Origin: Antedon mediterranea
Taxonomy: Eukaryota > Animalia > Echinodermata
Assembly: GCF_964355755.1 (NCBI RefSeq)
Contig: NC_092672.1
Location: 38,570,437-38,634,436, forward strand
DNA: 64,000 nucleotides
Direction of reading: 5' to 3'
Shown here: positions 49,465 through 62,377 of the stretch, piece after piece
How the letters are laid out: the number at the start of each line of letters is the position of its first letter
How positions within the stretch are numbered: the first letter of the stretch is position 1
The notes under the pieces: generated by a model
The model's input: the letters and a program-made list of their open reading frames with translations, nothing else
What the model was told of the DNA's origin: nothing
Databases searched by the model: none
Position numbers and translations under genes: made by a program

Positions 49465-52352
49465 ATGATGGAAGAGGAGTTCAAAGTGGTAAAGAGAAAG
49501 AAAAAAAAGGGAAAAACAAGTAAATTATTTAGACAGACTAATAATGATGGAAAACCGCTAACATCTTGTGTAGAAGATGAAGTTGATGTTGAGAAGGTGA
49601 TGTCTAGGCTTGATGTATGCAGGTGAGTATGATATACATTTCTGTATAATAAAATTAAGATCTTAAATTACATTGATGAGATATGAGCCTACTCAAGGAT
49701 TATGTTTTTTTAATTCAGAAAAGAACTTGAAGGAAGTTGCTTTTGGAACAATCTAAAAGGTCAGTTCACATTCATATTGGAATAAAATTAGAATTTGTGT
49801 GTTCTTCTTGCACATGCAATCATCAAACTACTAAACCAGTAGTTCCATGCATGGCGTATTTTCCAGGCGTACCTCTCCTAATATATAGTTTTAGCTTGTG
49901 GGCTATATTGGGACCAATATTTTGACAACCTTGAAAACTAAGGACTCTTTCTCAAGTATTTGTACCATCATAAAATAAAGAGATGTTGATAAAATACAAT
50001 TCACTTACTATCTTGTGCTTATTATCAAATTACAGAATTGGTGGCAAGAGCTGTACAATTAGGCACAAATTCATACAAAATAAAGAATGCAACAAATTGT
50101 TTTCATATCAAGAAGGCAACCCCCAATATCAAAGATGCAATAGGTCCTACAAACACTGCAGAAGATAGCTGTGGAGTGATAAATCAACATAAAATAGACC
50201 ATATATCAGCAGATGATGTAAGTTTGGACTGCAAACTTAAGAGAACTGAAGTAGAGGATAAATCAGAAGATGAAATGAATGATTGTGCTACTAAAATTGA
50301 TAGTATTGTTTGTTACGGGCTTGGTAACTTTGTTTCCTGCATCAATGCTAGATATCAGCTGTCATTGTTGCTGCTTATTGTCCATCATTTCAAGGTAAAT
50401 TATGCAGTTGACTTCTTCTTTATGGAAAACTGAACTACTACTGTACATCCAAGACTCCTTTAACATACTGAACATCTTCTCGGATAATGACTATAAACTG
50501 TAGGTCCAATGTACACATCTAGCTTATGTGCACTTTAAAGAACCTAGTACATCTTCCAAGACTAGTAGGGATTACCCTGGTGTACTAGTACACTCACAGC
50601 CACTGATCATAACAAATCTGTAAGGGTTCGAGGCTCACTCGCTCCATGGTTCTGGTGGTAGAACAAGTCTTGTCAGATAAGAACTATAAACCGTAGGTCC
50701 AGTGTACACAGTTTGTCCGTGTTCACTTTAAAGAACCCAGTTCATTATTTGAACTGGTTCAAAGAATAGCTGTTGTATCAGAAGGATTACCTATCTGATA
50801 ATAGGACAGTGATTAATTTACTATTGGTAATCCTTGGCCACATGTGTCTGAATACATCAAATAAAAATAAAATAAAAAATGTTTGTTATAATGTTTCTAG
50901 TAATTTGAAAATGTTACATTTCGTTCTATTATTACAGATACCGCCCTCTATGTGTTATTGTTATGATCCTGTGTTTACAAACACTGAACGTTCTATTCTG
51001 ACGCAATATGGTTTGTCATGTTTGGAATTAAATGAGGTAAAACAAGTGTGCTTAACACCAGTACTAAAGTTTAAGTCTACCTTGAGGAATTTAAGCTCCA
51101 TCCTCAGAGTTATTTGAAAACATTACTGTATAGAATACTATATCCAAATTCTAAAATGTCATGATAAAAAATTGCCAGTGTATTTTACAAATAAAAAATG
51201 ATAGTATGTAGTACTTTATTTAACAGAGCATAATAATAACAACAGTGATATTTATATAGTATTATTATGATGTTAATTTTAATTTAAAGGAAGGAAAAAG
51301 AAGAGTTGAGAAGTTGACATTTTTTTACATGCCCCATTGTGGCAAACCACTCTACAACAACCTCTTATGGAGTAATTGGGGGAATTCCCTCGCCAATTTA
51401 CTCATCTTTGGCAACAGTTTCAAGAATATCGAAGAAAGGTTAGTTTGTAGATTGTAACTGGCAGATTTTTTATATCTAGCTCAAAAGAGGTGGTTAATAC
51501 CTTTGTCCAATCTAAGCAACTTTGGGTCAGAAGTTTTTTCATGATTCACAGACTGTGCTGTTCTATTGATAAATTATCTCTCAACTGGATATTGCTATAC
51601 AGATTATATAATATTATTATTATATACTTTTTATTCAAAAACAATATGGTAATGTTACAGCTTGTGGCCAATGGCCAGATTGTGTGTAACATTTTAATAC
51701 AAGCTTTTAAAAATATTTAAAAAATATATAAAGTACATAAAAAGTTCATTGTAGCAATTGGTGTTGCTGTCTAAGTTTCCAGGCAAATTACCTCTGACCT
51801 GATTTTGGCGTAGAGACTAGATTATTACTTGTAGCCATTTTGTTTCTAGGTTTCCAAGCAAGCTCTTAGAAGAGGAAGTGCCATACATCAAAGCTGTATC
51901 CTTCATTTTATTAAACATAGAATTTGTATATTTTTAGTGGAACATCAACGAGAAATATTAATGATGTCTTGAAAGTGTTCCAACAAATATTCGATTTGTG
52001 TGTAGTATTTAATGAAATATTGCGCACATCAGCCAACTGCACTGCATGGCTTTTATAGGTGTCTGTATTATCTGGGCACTGGCACCCAACATTAGCAGAA
52101 AAACATTTTACACAGTGCCAAGATTTTTTTTATTGTGCATTTCTTCTTAATGCTATATTTCAGATTTTACCGTTCACACAACAACTTGATGTAGAAAACA
52201 ACTTTAAATTTCTGGACATTTTTAATGACATTGCCGTTCATTTCTTTCCTGCTTCTTCCCTTCAACAGGCGCCCTCTATTACGTGGCAATCTGCAAAGGA
52301 GCCTAACTATTCCAACATAACAGATGCTGAAATAATTTTCAAGAAATCTTAA
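49465..52352 (+). CDS. SRRD: SRR1-like protein (multi-exon)
   Basis: IVCYGLGNF..ARYQL, YDPVFT, NEEGKR, FYMPHCGKPLYNNLLWSNW, IFGNSF and DIFNDIAVHFFP. Confidence 0.92.
50475..50760 (+). mobile_element. Two tandem SINE fragments with a Deu/Nin-domain-like core
   Basis: GATAA..ACTATAAAC.GTAGGTCC...CACTTTAAAGAACC occurs twice, resembling the conserved DeuSINE-type core. Confidence 0.55.
51896..52163 (+). other. Probable U12-type (minor spliceosome) GT-AG intron in SRRD
   Basis: 5' splice site GTATCCTT and branch-like TTCTTAAT at 52144-52151, ~12 nt before the AG. Flanking exons join in phase 0. Confidence 0.75.
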
Positions 52353-54621
52353 TAAGTATGGCTGCTAGGACTTTATCGTATACTTAAGTGGAGCAATAAC
52401 CATTGAAAAGTGAATCAGGGAAGAGTTAAATTACATTGTAATGATTCAAGTGAATCAAGTCTTCAAACTTCAAAAATAAATTATGCAATAGTGAATGTAC
52501 AATGTCCATACTGAATACATTGAATCTGAAAATAATAAATGTGCCTGCAATGTATCACTGTTTTTACACTCTACACATTTGTACGTCCTCCATCTTAATT
52601 TGTATGTCCTCCATCTTAATTTGTATTTTATGTTTGTTATGATGGAAATAAAGATCTTGATTGATTCTAACAATTTGTGCTGTATTTAAAACAATTCAAG
52701 GCAACAGATAGTTTAAAAGTGCTAACAATTTAGAGTACCTACATTGAATTATATATATTGAATAAATAATATTAATACTGTAGTCAGCCGAGTCCAAGAG
52801 GACCCTCTACCATCCATGTCATTTACATGAATTTGTTTATCAATAAACTCGACTTGAATTTAGTAATTCTACATCCAACAGACGACACATTTCTTTTTTA
52901 AAGCAGAAAGAACTTGTTTAGATGTGATCGTCAAATACCACACACAAATGTTAAGCCATGCATGCCTAAAGAGGTCTAAAGCTAAGCCCTCCTAGCTGCT
53001 AGCTAGGAGCTCAAACAGAACATACCTTCTGATTTCCGAGTTTGCCAGTATCTATTGCATGATAATAACCTTCTATAAGTTAATATTTGGAGACTGTCAT
53101 CCCTTCACTTTCTATATAAACTATTCAAAAAAATCATTAAAATGAAAATTATATTTCCAGTGCGCGTGAATCGTGCTCCGTTAGACAATCGAGAATGCAT
53201 TCAACTTTTTTAGTCATCTGCAACTTCACAAAATCTCAGTTCACTGATTGGTTAAATCTTTAGAAATCCAACACACGTCAGACATAGAGATGGACTCTGC
53301 TGGGAGGAAACAGATTGGAAAAGAAGTTGAACAGCGCCCCCAGCCCCGAGTGCCAATATAACAACATTTCAACATTTAAACTTAATACAGTACACACGAA
53401 TACAATGTGGAATTTGGAACTTTAATTTTTTAATTAAATCATACAAATTCAGATCACCTCACAAATTATAAAACCTGCCTTTATTTTTTTTTTTAAAGAA
53501 TAAAAACAATGCAATATATATTATGTTATTATATTATTTTAAGCTGATAACAATAAGCATTATTGTCTCAATTTTAAGTTATACCTTTTTAGTTACAGTA
53601 TGTTTTCTGTTTTAAACTGACCAACTATGATATGAAGAACAAAAAATAAAAGATTTTAACTCACAACATTACAAACCAACTGCAGTAAATGTTTCTCAAT
53701 TAAAATAGTATTTGCATAGCACCTTCTAAAACACAAAAGAGCTCACTTTTAAAAATCTAAGGTAAATAAAATTGCGTTTTCATAATGCAAAACATTCTAA
53801 TACAGATGAACAACCAAATATTGAATCTCGATTTCTCTTTTTATGAGTTTGAATTATTCACTATTTTTAGTTGGGTCTGTTGACATTATGGTATCTGTGA
53901 ATTAAAAAAAAAAAAAAAAAACAGATTTCTACTCACAATTGATAACAATACACCCTGGTATAAATACAGGCTTATACATAGTTATGTCTATAGGATTGCA
54001 TTTGCCTATTTCATAACAAAATAATAATTTCAGTTTTTCTAAATAGTTGCAATAAATAAATGTTGGCGGAATAATATATACTTCCCATAGGGAAGAGATT
54101 GACGTTCCTATGGAAACACAGACAGTACCAGTTATGTTCTCAAACAGTTCCAGACACAAATCTCATGCTTCCCATGGTCTGTATTTACAAAATGTTTTTT
54201 TTTCCCTAAAAAAATGTTACGATCTAGTTTAGTACTTGCTCTCGTACTAAAACTTAAAATGTCGTAATTAAACAAAAACCGATTATTGTATGTTAAATAA
54301 CTTACACAACAGTCTTATTGCAATATGCCCATTAGTAACCTCAAACATATACTGCCATAGCAAAACGACTCACATCAAACAAGTTACATTGGATTTGAGG
54401 TATTTTCATTATTATAAGGTGGTTAATTTTACCACAAAACTTTGTTGCTTGAGGTATTAGACTTTAATATTGATTTAAATACAAAGAAATTAAGCAAACA
54501 ATTATGTTTTATATAGCAGTATATATTTAAGATAATTAATATTCAGATTTGATGAATATTCATGAGTTGGTAATTAGTACCTATGAATATTCACGAGTTG
54601 GTAATGAATATTAATGTTTTG

Positions 54622-57600
54622 TTATGAGGTTTCCTCAGAGACTGTTTCATGTAGAACAGAATGATGGCCATAGTAATCACTAAGATGCCTTGTACCCTTC
54701 CATGAATCTGAATTTGCTCGCAACTCCATTCTAGGTGTGGTCTCAAACAAAGCGGCACGGTTCTGTTCTTCGCCCTTCTTCACCCAGTGTCCATAAATGT
54801 GGAACGCACACCCGTCTAAAACTTTCCGTACCATTTTAACACCGTAAGGGTTTGCCTTTGCTGAATTTAAATTTACTGGCCGTTGTGAGTTTAATTTTTG
54901 TAACTTGCAGACACTTCTTACAGTAATTATTGCAGCCTGAAATAAAATAAATTTGGTTTTAAAATAGATTTAAAATGCTTTACGATATTTTGAATATTCC
55001 CAAATATTGCTGTCGGTCAGCGTCCATTCTGTCAACCATTGGGTCATATAGTATCCATCTTCTGATGGACTTCCGTTCCTTCCTATCCTGGATACAGTAT
55101 TTATATTCAACAGTAACTGTATATTTATTGATATCCAAATTTAAGTTTGATTCACTGATTGATGTTTCCAATATTTAATTTTAAATTTCAACTTTTATTA
55201 TTATTATTGTTTACCTTAAATTTCCTACGAGCCATAAAGAACTCGTCTGCCTGTTTGACCTCAAAGTGGAAGAAAGGGTGGTTAATTGCCTCCTCTGCTG
55301 TGTACCTCTCTTTAGGATTCACTACTAATAATTTAGATATCTGTCAAAATGGAAAAAAACAAACAAATTGTTATATGTCGGAGAACCAATATTCATAGGT
55401 CACATATTAAGAAAAAAATTATAATACAATAATTACCAATTCTTTTGGTGCTTGAGATATATCATCCCATTCTGGACTTCCAAACTTATATCTGCCATCC
55501 ATTATCGAACGGAGTAGAACCATCTTTTTACGATGCCAGAAAGGTGGAAGGCCAACTAATCTGTGTAAAGATCATACATAGAATCTAGTACACAATGAAC
55601 TCTACTATAAAATAAACTAGTTACCTGTACACGTTTATTAAGAATTAAATATGCCCAATTGATAGTAGACTATTTATATACGATTTGATTGTGAATTGTC
55701 ATAGGAGGTGACACTATTATATTAATCATGGATAATGTCATTCAACTTTGACCTCTACCACATCCTCCTTTGGACACAGTGGTGTTATTTAATGCACTGT
55801 TTCATCTATATTCTTATAATTAAATCTTAATGCTTATTTATTTGCTAAAATGTTTTTAAACAAAGTATGTCACTAATTTTAATTTGTCGGCAGATTGGAT
55901 GTTATATGTATACATTATTTAGAATGGTTATCAAAAATAAGGCTACGCCTACAGATTTATACAACATGTCATACCTACCAAACTCTTTGATAAGCTTTCC
56001 ACTAAAAGTTGGTGTCAAGCAACCAGTAGACTCCAAGGTCATAATAAATTTACTTTATATTAAATGTGTATACTGTAATTATTTTATTTATTATAGTCAT
56101 TTTTATTTTTATAACAAGGATGTAACATTAACTATGATGATTTATTTTATCCATAAACTGAAAGTCATCCTTACTTACTACCTTAAGCTCTGTCTACAAT
56201 ATTAAACTAGTTTGATGTGTGATATGCCCAAATATGGTAGTGATATGCTCAAACATAGTAGTGATATGACATTATCATGTCTATATATGGAAACATCACA
56301 TTTTGTTGTCACATAAAGTTTGATAGTGTAGACAGAGCTTTAGTTTTCCACTGGTTTATAATTTATGAACTCTATACATTGAAACCAAATGAAATTATTT
56401 TCTCATTCTTACCTGTCAATTTTACTTAATAACTAAATTTTATTTGGTTAATTAAAGAAAACTGCCAGGTTGAAAGTACTAGTAAATAGAAATGAATACA
56501 AGAAATGGTCTAAAATAATATTAGGGTATATGGTTAATACTTACAATGTATACATAATAACACCACATGCCCAAAGGTCGACCTCAAAGCTATAACCTTT
56601 GACTTTATCGACTTTCATGTTGCACTTTAAAACCTCTGGTGCTAAGTAACCTGGTGTGCCACACAAATCTTGTTAAAATGAAAAGTTTCAGTTTAATAAG
56701 ACAATTTTTATTATTAAATATGGTAGACAATCCAATACACAAAATAATAGGCTATTAGCTACACTATACAAAGACATTTTAATCTTTCTTATCTTATTAA
56801 TTTTTACTGTTAAACTTAATTTTTAGTTCATACTTAAATTAAGAATAAGCAAACCTGTTAAGAGCTTCCCGTCTTGAACTTGAGCAGCAAAACCAAAGTC
56901 TGATATTTTAATGTTTAGATTTTCATCAAGGAGAATGTTTTCAGGCTGATAAAACACAAATATCAATTTTAGAAATTAGTCTTTACCCACTATGTACAAG
57001 ATCAAAATGAATGGAAAGTAAATATGTGGAAGAAAGTTGACTACAAAACACTGATGATCATAAACTTATTTCAAATAAAAACATAAGAATGTAACAAACA
57101 TCCAAGATCACAGTTTGGAGGACCAAGTATATGCAAAAGAAAAAACAACAAATACAAAACACTTGTAAATAAAAGCAAGTGTTTTTTTCAGACAAAATGT
57201 GAGTAGTCCTAACTATTCTATTGTTTAATTGCTTTACCTTTAAATCACGATGGACTATTCCATGACTAATGTGAGTAATCTTAACTATTCTATTGCTTAC
57301 TTTACCTTTAAATCACGATGGACTATTCCATGACTAATGTGAGTAATCTTAACTATTCTATTGCTTACTTTACCTTTAAATCATGATGGACTATTCCATG
57401 ACTAATGTGAGAAATCTTAACTATTCTATTCCTTACTTTACCTTTAAATCACGATGGACTATTCCATGACTAATGTGAGTAATCTTAACTATTCTATTGC
57501 TTACTTTACCTTTAAATCATGATGAACTATTCCATGACTAATGTGAGTAATCTTAACTATTCTATTGCTTACTTTACCTTTAAATCACGATGGACTATTC

Positions 57601-60600
57601 CATGACTAATGTGAGTAATCTTAACTATTCTATTGCTTACTTTACCTTTAAATCACGATGGACTATTCCATGACTAATGTGAGTAATCTTAACTATTCTA
57701 TTGCTTACTTTACCTTTAAATCACGATGGACTATTCCATGACTAATGTGAGTAATCTTAACTATTCTATTGCTTACTTTACCTTTAAATCACGATGGACT
57801 ATTCCATGACTAATGTGAGTAATCTTAACTATTCTATTGCTTACTTTACCTTTAAATCACGATGAACTATTCCATGACTAATGTGAGTAATCTTAACTAT
57901 TCTATTGCTTACTTTACCTTTAAATCACGATGGACTATTCCATGACTAATGTGAGTAATCTTAACTATTCTATTGCTTACTTTACCTTTAAATCATGATG
58001 GACTATTCCATGACTAATGTGAGTAATCTTAACTATTCTATTGCTTACTTTACCTTTAAATCACGATGAACTATTCCATGACTAATGTGAGTAATCTTAA
58101 CTATTCTATTGCTTACTTTACCTTTAAATCACGATGGACTATTCCATGACTAATGTGAGTAATCTTAACTATTCTATTGCTTACTTTACCTTTAAATCAC
58201 GATGAACTATTCCATGACTAATGTGAGTAATCTTAACTATTCTATTGCTTACTTTACCTTTAAATCATGATGGACTATTCCATGACTAATGTGAGAAATC
58301 TTAACTATTCTATTGCTTACTTTACCTTTAAATCACGATGAACTATTCCATGACTAATGTGAGTAATCTTAACTATTCTATTGCTTACTTTACCTTTAAA
58401 TCACGATGGACTATTCCATGACTAATGTGAGTAATCTTAACTATTCTATTGCTTACTTTACCTTTAAATCACGATGGACTATTCCATGACTAATGTGAGT
58501 AATCTTAACTATTCTATTGCTTACTTTACCTTTAAATCACGATGGACTATTCCATGACTAATGTGAGTAATCTTAACTATTCTATTGCTTACTTTACCTT
58601 TAAATCACGATGGACTATTCCATGACTAATGTGAGTAATCTTAACTATTCTATTGCTTACTTTACCTTTAAATCACAATGAACTATTCCATGACTAATGT
58701 GAGTAATCTTAACTATTCTATTGCTTACTTTACCTTTAAATCATGATGGACTATTCCATGACTAATGTGAGTAATCTTAACTATTCTATTGCTTACTTTA
58801 CCTTTAAATCACGATGAACTATTCCATGACTAATGTGAGTAATCTTAACTATTCTATTGCTTACTTTACCTTTAAATCACGATGGACTATTCCATGACTA
58901 ATGTGAGTAATCTTAACTATTCTATTGCTTACTTTACCTTTAAATCACGATGGACTATTCCATGACTAATGTGAGTAATCTTAACTATTCTATTCCTTAC
59001 TTTACCTTTAAATCACGATGGACTATTCCATGACTAATGTGAGTAATCTTAACTATTCTATTGCTTACTTTACCTTTAAATCACGATGGACTATTCCATG
59101 ACTAATGTGAGTAATCTTAACTATTCTATTGCTTACTTTACCTTTAAATCACGATGGACTATTCCATGACTAATGTGAGTAATCTTAACTATTCTATTGC
59201 TTACTTTACCTTTAAATCACGATGGACTATTCCATGACTAATGTGAGTAATCTTTACTATTCTATTGCTTACTTTACCTTTAAATCATGATGGACTATTC
59301 CATGACTAATGTGAGAAATCTTAACTATTCTATTCCTTACTTTACCTTTAAATCACGATGGACTATTCCATGACTAATGTGAGTAATCTTTACTATTCTA
59401 TTGCTTACTTTACCTTTAAATCATGATGGACTATTCCATGACTAATGTGAGTAATCTTAACTATTCTATTGCTTACTTTACCTTTAAATCATGATGGACT
59501 ATTCCATGACTAATGTGAGTAATCTTAACTATTCTATTGCTTACTTTACCTTTAAATCACGATGGACTATTCCATGACTAATGTGAGTAATCTTAACTAT
59601 TCTATTGCTTACTTTACCTTTAAATCACGATGGACTATTCCATGACTAATGTGAGTAATCTTAACTATTCTATTGCTTACTTTACCTTTAAATCACGATG
59701 GACTATTCCATGACTATGTATATATTGCACGGCTTCTAGTATCTGCTTCATTAAATTTCTATGGAAGAAGAAAAAATAAACTGTACTTCTTAAAATATAT
59801 TAATTTATTTATTAATTAAATATTTTATTACAGTATGAGCACAATTTAAAGCTCTGTCTACACTATCAAACTTTATGTGACAAACAAAATGATGATGTCA
59901 TATTACTACCATATTTGGGCACATCACACTTTTTTTTTGTCAAACTAGCAAACAGACAAAGCATACAATGATGACTCTTGCTTTATGCTATACTGTAACA
60001 CGTACTGTATTTTTTATTTTAAATAGATACGATAATGTATTGTTCTTTTACCTAGTTTTTTTCTCTGATAATGCAACAACTTTAGTAAGATAATCAAAAA
60101 GTTCACCACCAGTACATCTGGAAAAAAAGTAATATTATAAATGAGCCAAACACATAAGATACTGTGAGTAATCTATATAATGATTCATGATATATTAATA
60201 GCTGGACTAATATTAACAATACTAGAATAAGTCAACAATATTGTCCGGATTTGGGTAGGCTTCTAATATCAGTATGGGTTTTTTTTTATAAAAACTATTT
60301 TATTATGTAAAACTATGTGGTAACTGTATTGATAATTGCTTTTAAAAATTACTGAGATGAGTCATACGCAGGGTCATAGGTTGTTTCAAATTTGCATCTG
60401 AAATGTTGTCACTTTAGTGTCAACATCACTCTCTTTCACATAATGTTGCACTTCCACACCCTTGTTAAACAGAAAGCCATAAAGAGTTGGTACTTAGTTG
60501 GTACTTACAATTCAAAAACCAGGAAGAAATATGTTGGAGATTCAATAAAATCATTTAACAAGACTGAAACAAAACCAAACAATCATAAATATCAATACTT

Positions 60601-61574
60601 ATTTTGTATTACTTAAACACAGCACATGAGTCAAATACATTATTTTTTACTATTCATCAATTATTGGGTGACCTGGTAAGGTCAAGACATAACTTTGCAT
60701 CGATGTTTTAAAAAATAGATCCAAAAACGACCAGGGTAATAATATGTACAGTGCTTAAGCTCTGTCTACACTATCAAACTTTATGTAACAAAAAAATATG
60801 CCCATATATGGACACATGTCATATCACTACCATATTTGGGAATATCACTACTGTACTATATTTAGGCACATCATAATTTTGTTGTCAAACTAGTTTGATA
60901 GTGTAGACAGATCGTTTAAGGGTTTCACAAATCCAGAATATTAATATTATTATTTGTGTACAGTGCTTACCAATGTGATGATGACCAGATAATTTTCTTA
61001 AAATTGCAACTTCGTTTCTGTACTCTATTTTGAGTTCTTCAATTCCAATCTCATCAACATTTTCAGAGACAACGTCGATAATTTTGACAGCAAATTCTGT
61101 CTGCGAGTCTTTCTCAATGCATCGTCTTACAGTACTGCTGATACCGCTAATAAACAAAAGAAATTGTTTTTAAATTTGGGGAATTTGAAATGTTTGTTTT
61201 TTATTGAATAATAACATGTACAATTTTCTAACCATTAATAATTAATAAAAAATAAAAAAGTTTATTGTGGTTGAAATACAAAAATAACTCTCCAAATAGT
61301 ACTAGGACTCTCTGAAAACCGGAAACTCTCCCAAAATCAGACTTTTTCTTGAGGAGTAAAAGGTTCCAAATTAATTCATAAACACATTCCAAATATCAGA
61401 CTTGACTGCTTCTTTTAACTGTATAGATGATGCACAGTTTATTTAGGTGGTTAAAAGATACAAAATATTTTCTTACCGGCCTAGGATTTGCTTTGGTACA
61501 TATTTAGAGTAGAGAACAGATCCATACGCTACTAATGAAAGGTCATCATCTGTTTCATCGGTTCCAATTGCCAT
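54622..61574 (-). CDS. PHKG: Phosphorylase b kinase gamma catalytic chain (multi-exon)
   Basis: [49 protein letters not shown] and C-terminal [25 protein letters not shown]. Confidence 0.95.
56186..56339. mobile_element. Harbinger-like palindromic MITE (clearest copy of a family with ~11 copies in the window)
   Basis: TIR AGCTCTGTCTACA / TGTAGACAGAGCT with a TTA TSD. Other copies near 6107, 7019, 12607, 14170, 14325, 23058, 30513, 36848, 59850 and 60758. Confidence 0.85.
57197..59716. repeat. 68-bp tandem array, 37 copies, containing the PHKG exon end and 5' splice site
   Basis: Unit ATGTGAGTAATCTTAACTATTCTATTGCTTACTTTACCTTTAAATCACGATGGACTATTCCATGACTA. There are 36 units of 68 bp (57269-59716) plus one diverged 72-bp unit. 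Confidence 0.97.
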
Positions 61575-62377
61575 ATTTGGAGTTTCAATTTTAAATTATA
61601 TCAAATCTTCAATATGGCCAAGATTACACTTTTTTTATTCATCTTTTTTTATAGTAAATGCATGATGCTTTGCTTCTTTTAGAAGACAGATTCAGATATC
61701 TTAAACAGAAATAATATTATAACATTATGTTAACACTGACATTCGGAAAACAGTAAGGATGACTAACCTACCTACTCCCCCTCCCACTTTCTTGTTCTTT
61801 TTATCTTAATTTCAGATAGAAATATGACTTTTTGATGATCATAATAAATAATATGTTTTATTAGTTTAGTCTAGCCTGCTGTTATTTTTGTTCTCATCTT
61901 TTATAATAGATCTAAATTTTGAGAGAATTAATGTACAGTTATAGCTACAGCAAGCTTAGGCCCCAGTATTAGCTTACTATTGTCCTCACTCAGCTCACCA
62001 GTCCGGCGACTTTTGAGCGTGAGAATGCCTGAGAATAAAATGCACGCCTCCTCACTCTAGTTTTAGGCCTAGCCTAGACTTTACACCACAGAGTCAATAT
62101 AATTGTTGGAATTTATAACCACGTCTTTCATTTACGTTATTAATTTGACATATATATTTACACGCTATTTGTTATTCCTACATGTAGGCCTAGTTGTCAA
62201 AAATTAAAGGTAAACAAAAGTCACGAGTTTACATGTCATTTACAAACCTTTTTCATGGATCACATACGTCCGTACCTACGACGTCACATAATTACACGAA
62301 AAGGGGGCGTTGTCCAAACGTTTTGAACTGTGTGATTGGATACGACGACCGAGCAGTATTAGGCTCATTGTAATCTT

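Noticed and set aside
57197-59716. CRISPR-like regular array
   Set aside because: Units are contiguous and near-identical with no unique spacers, there are no cas genes, and the context is a eukaryotic intron.
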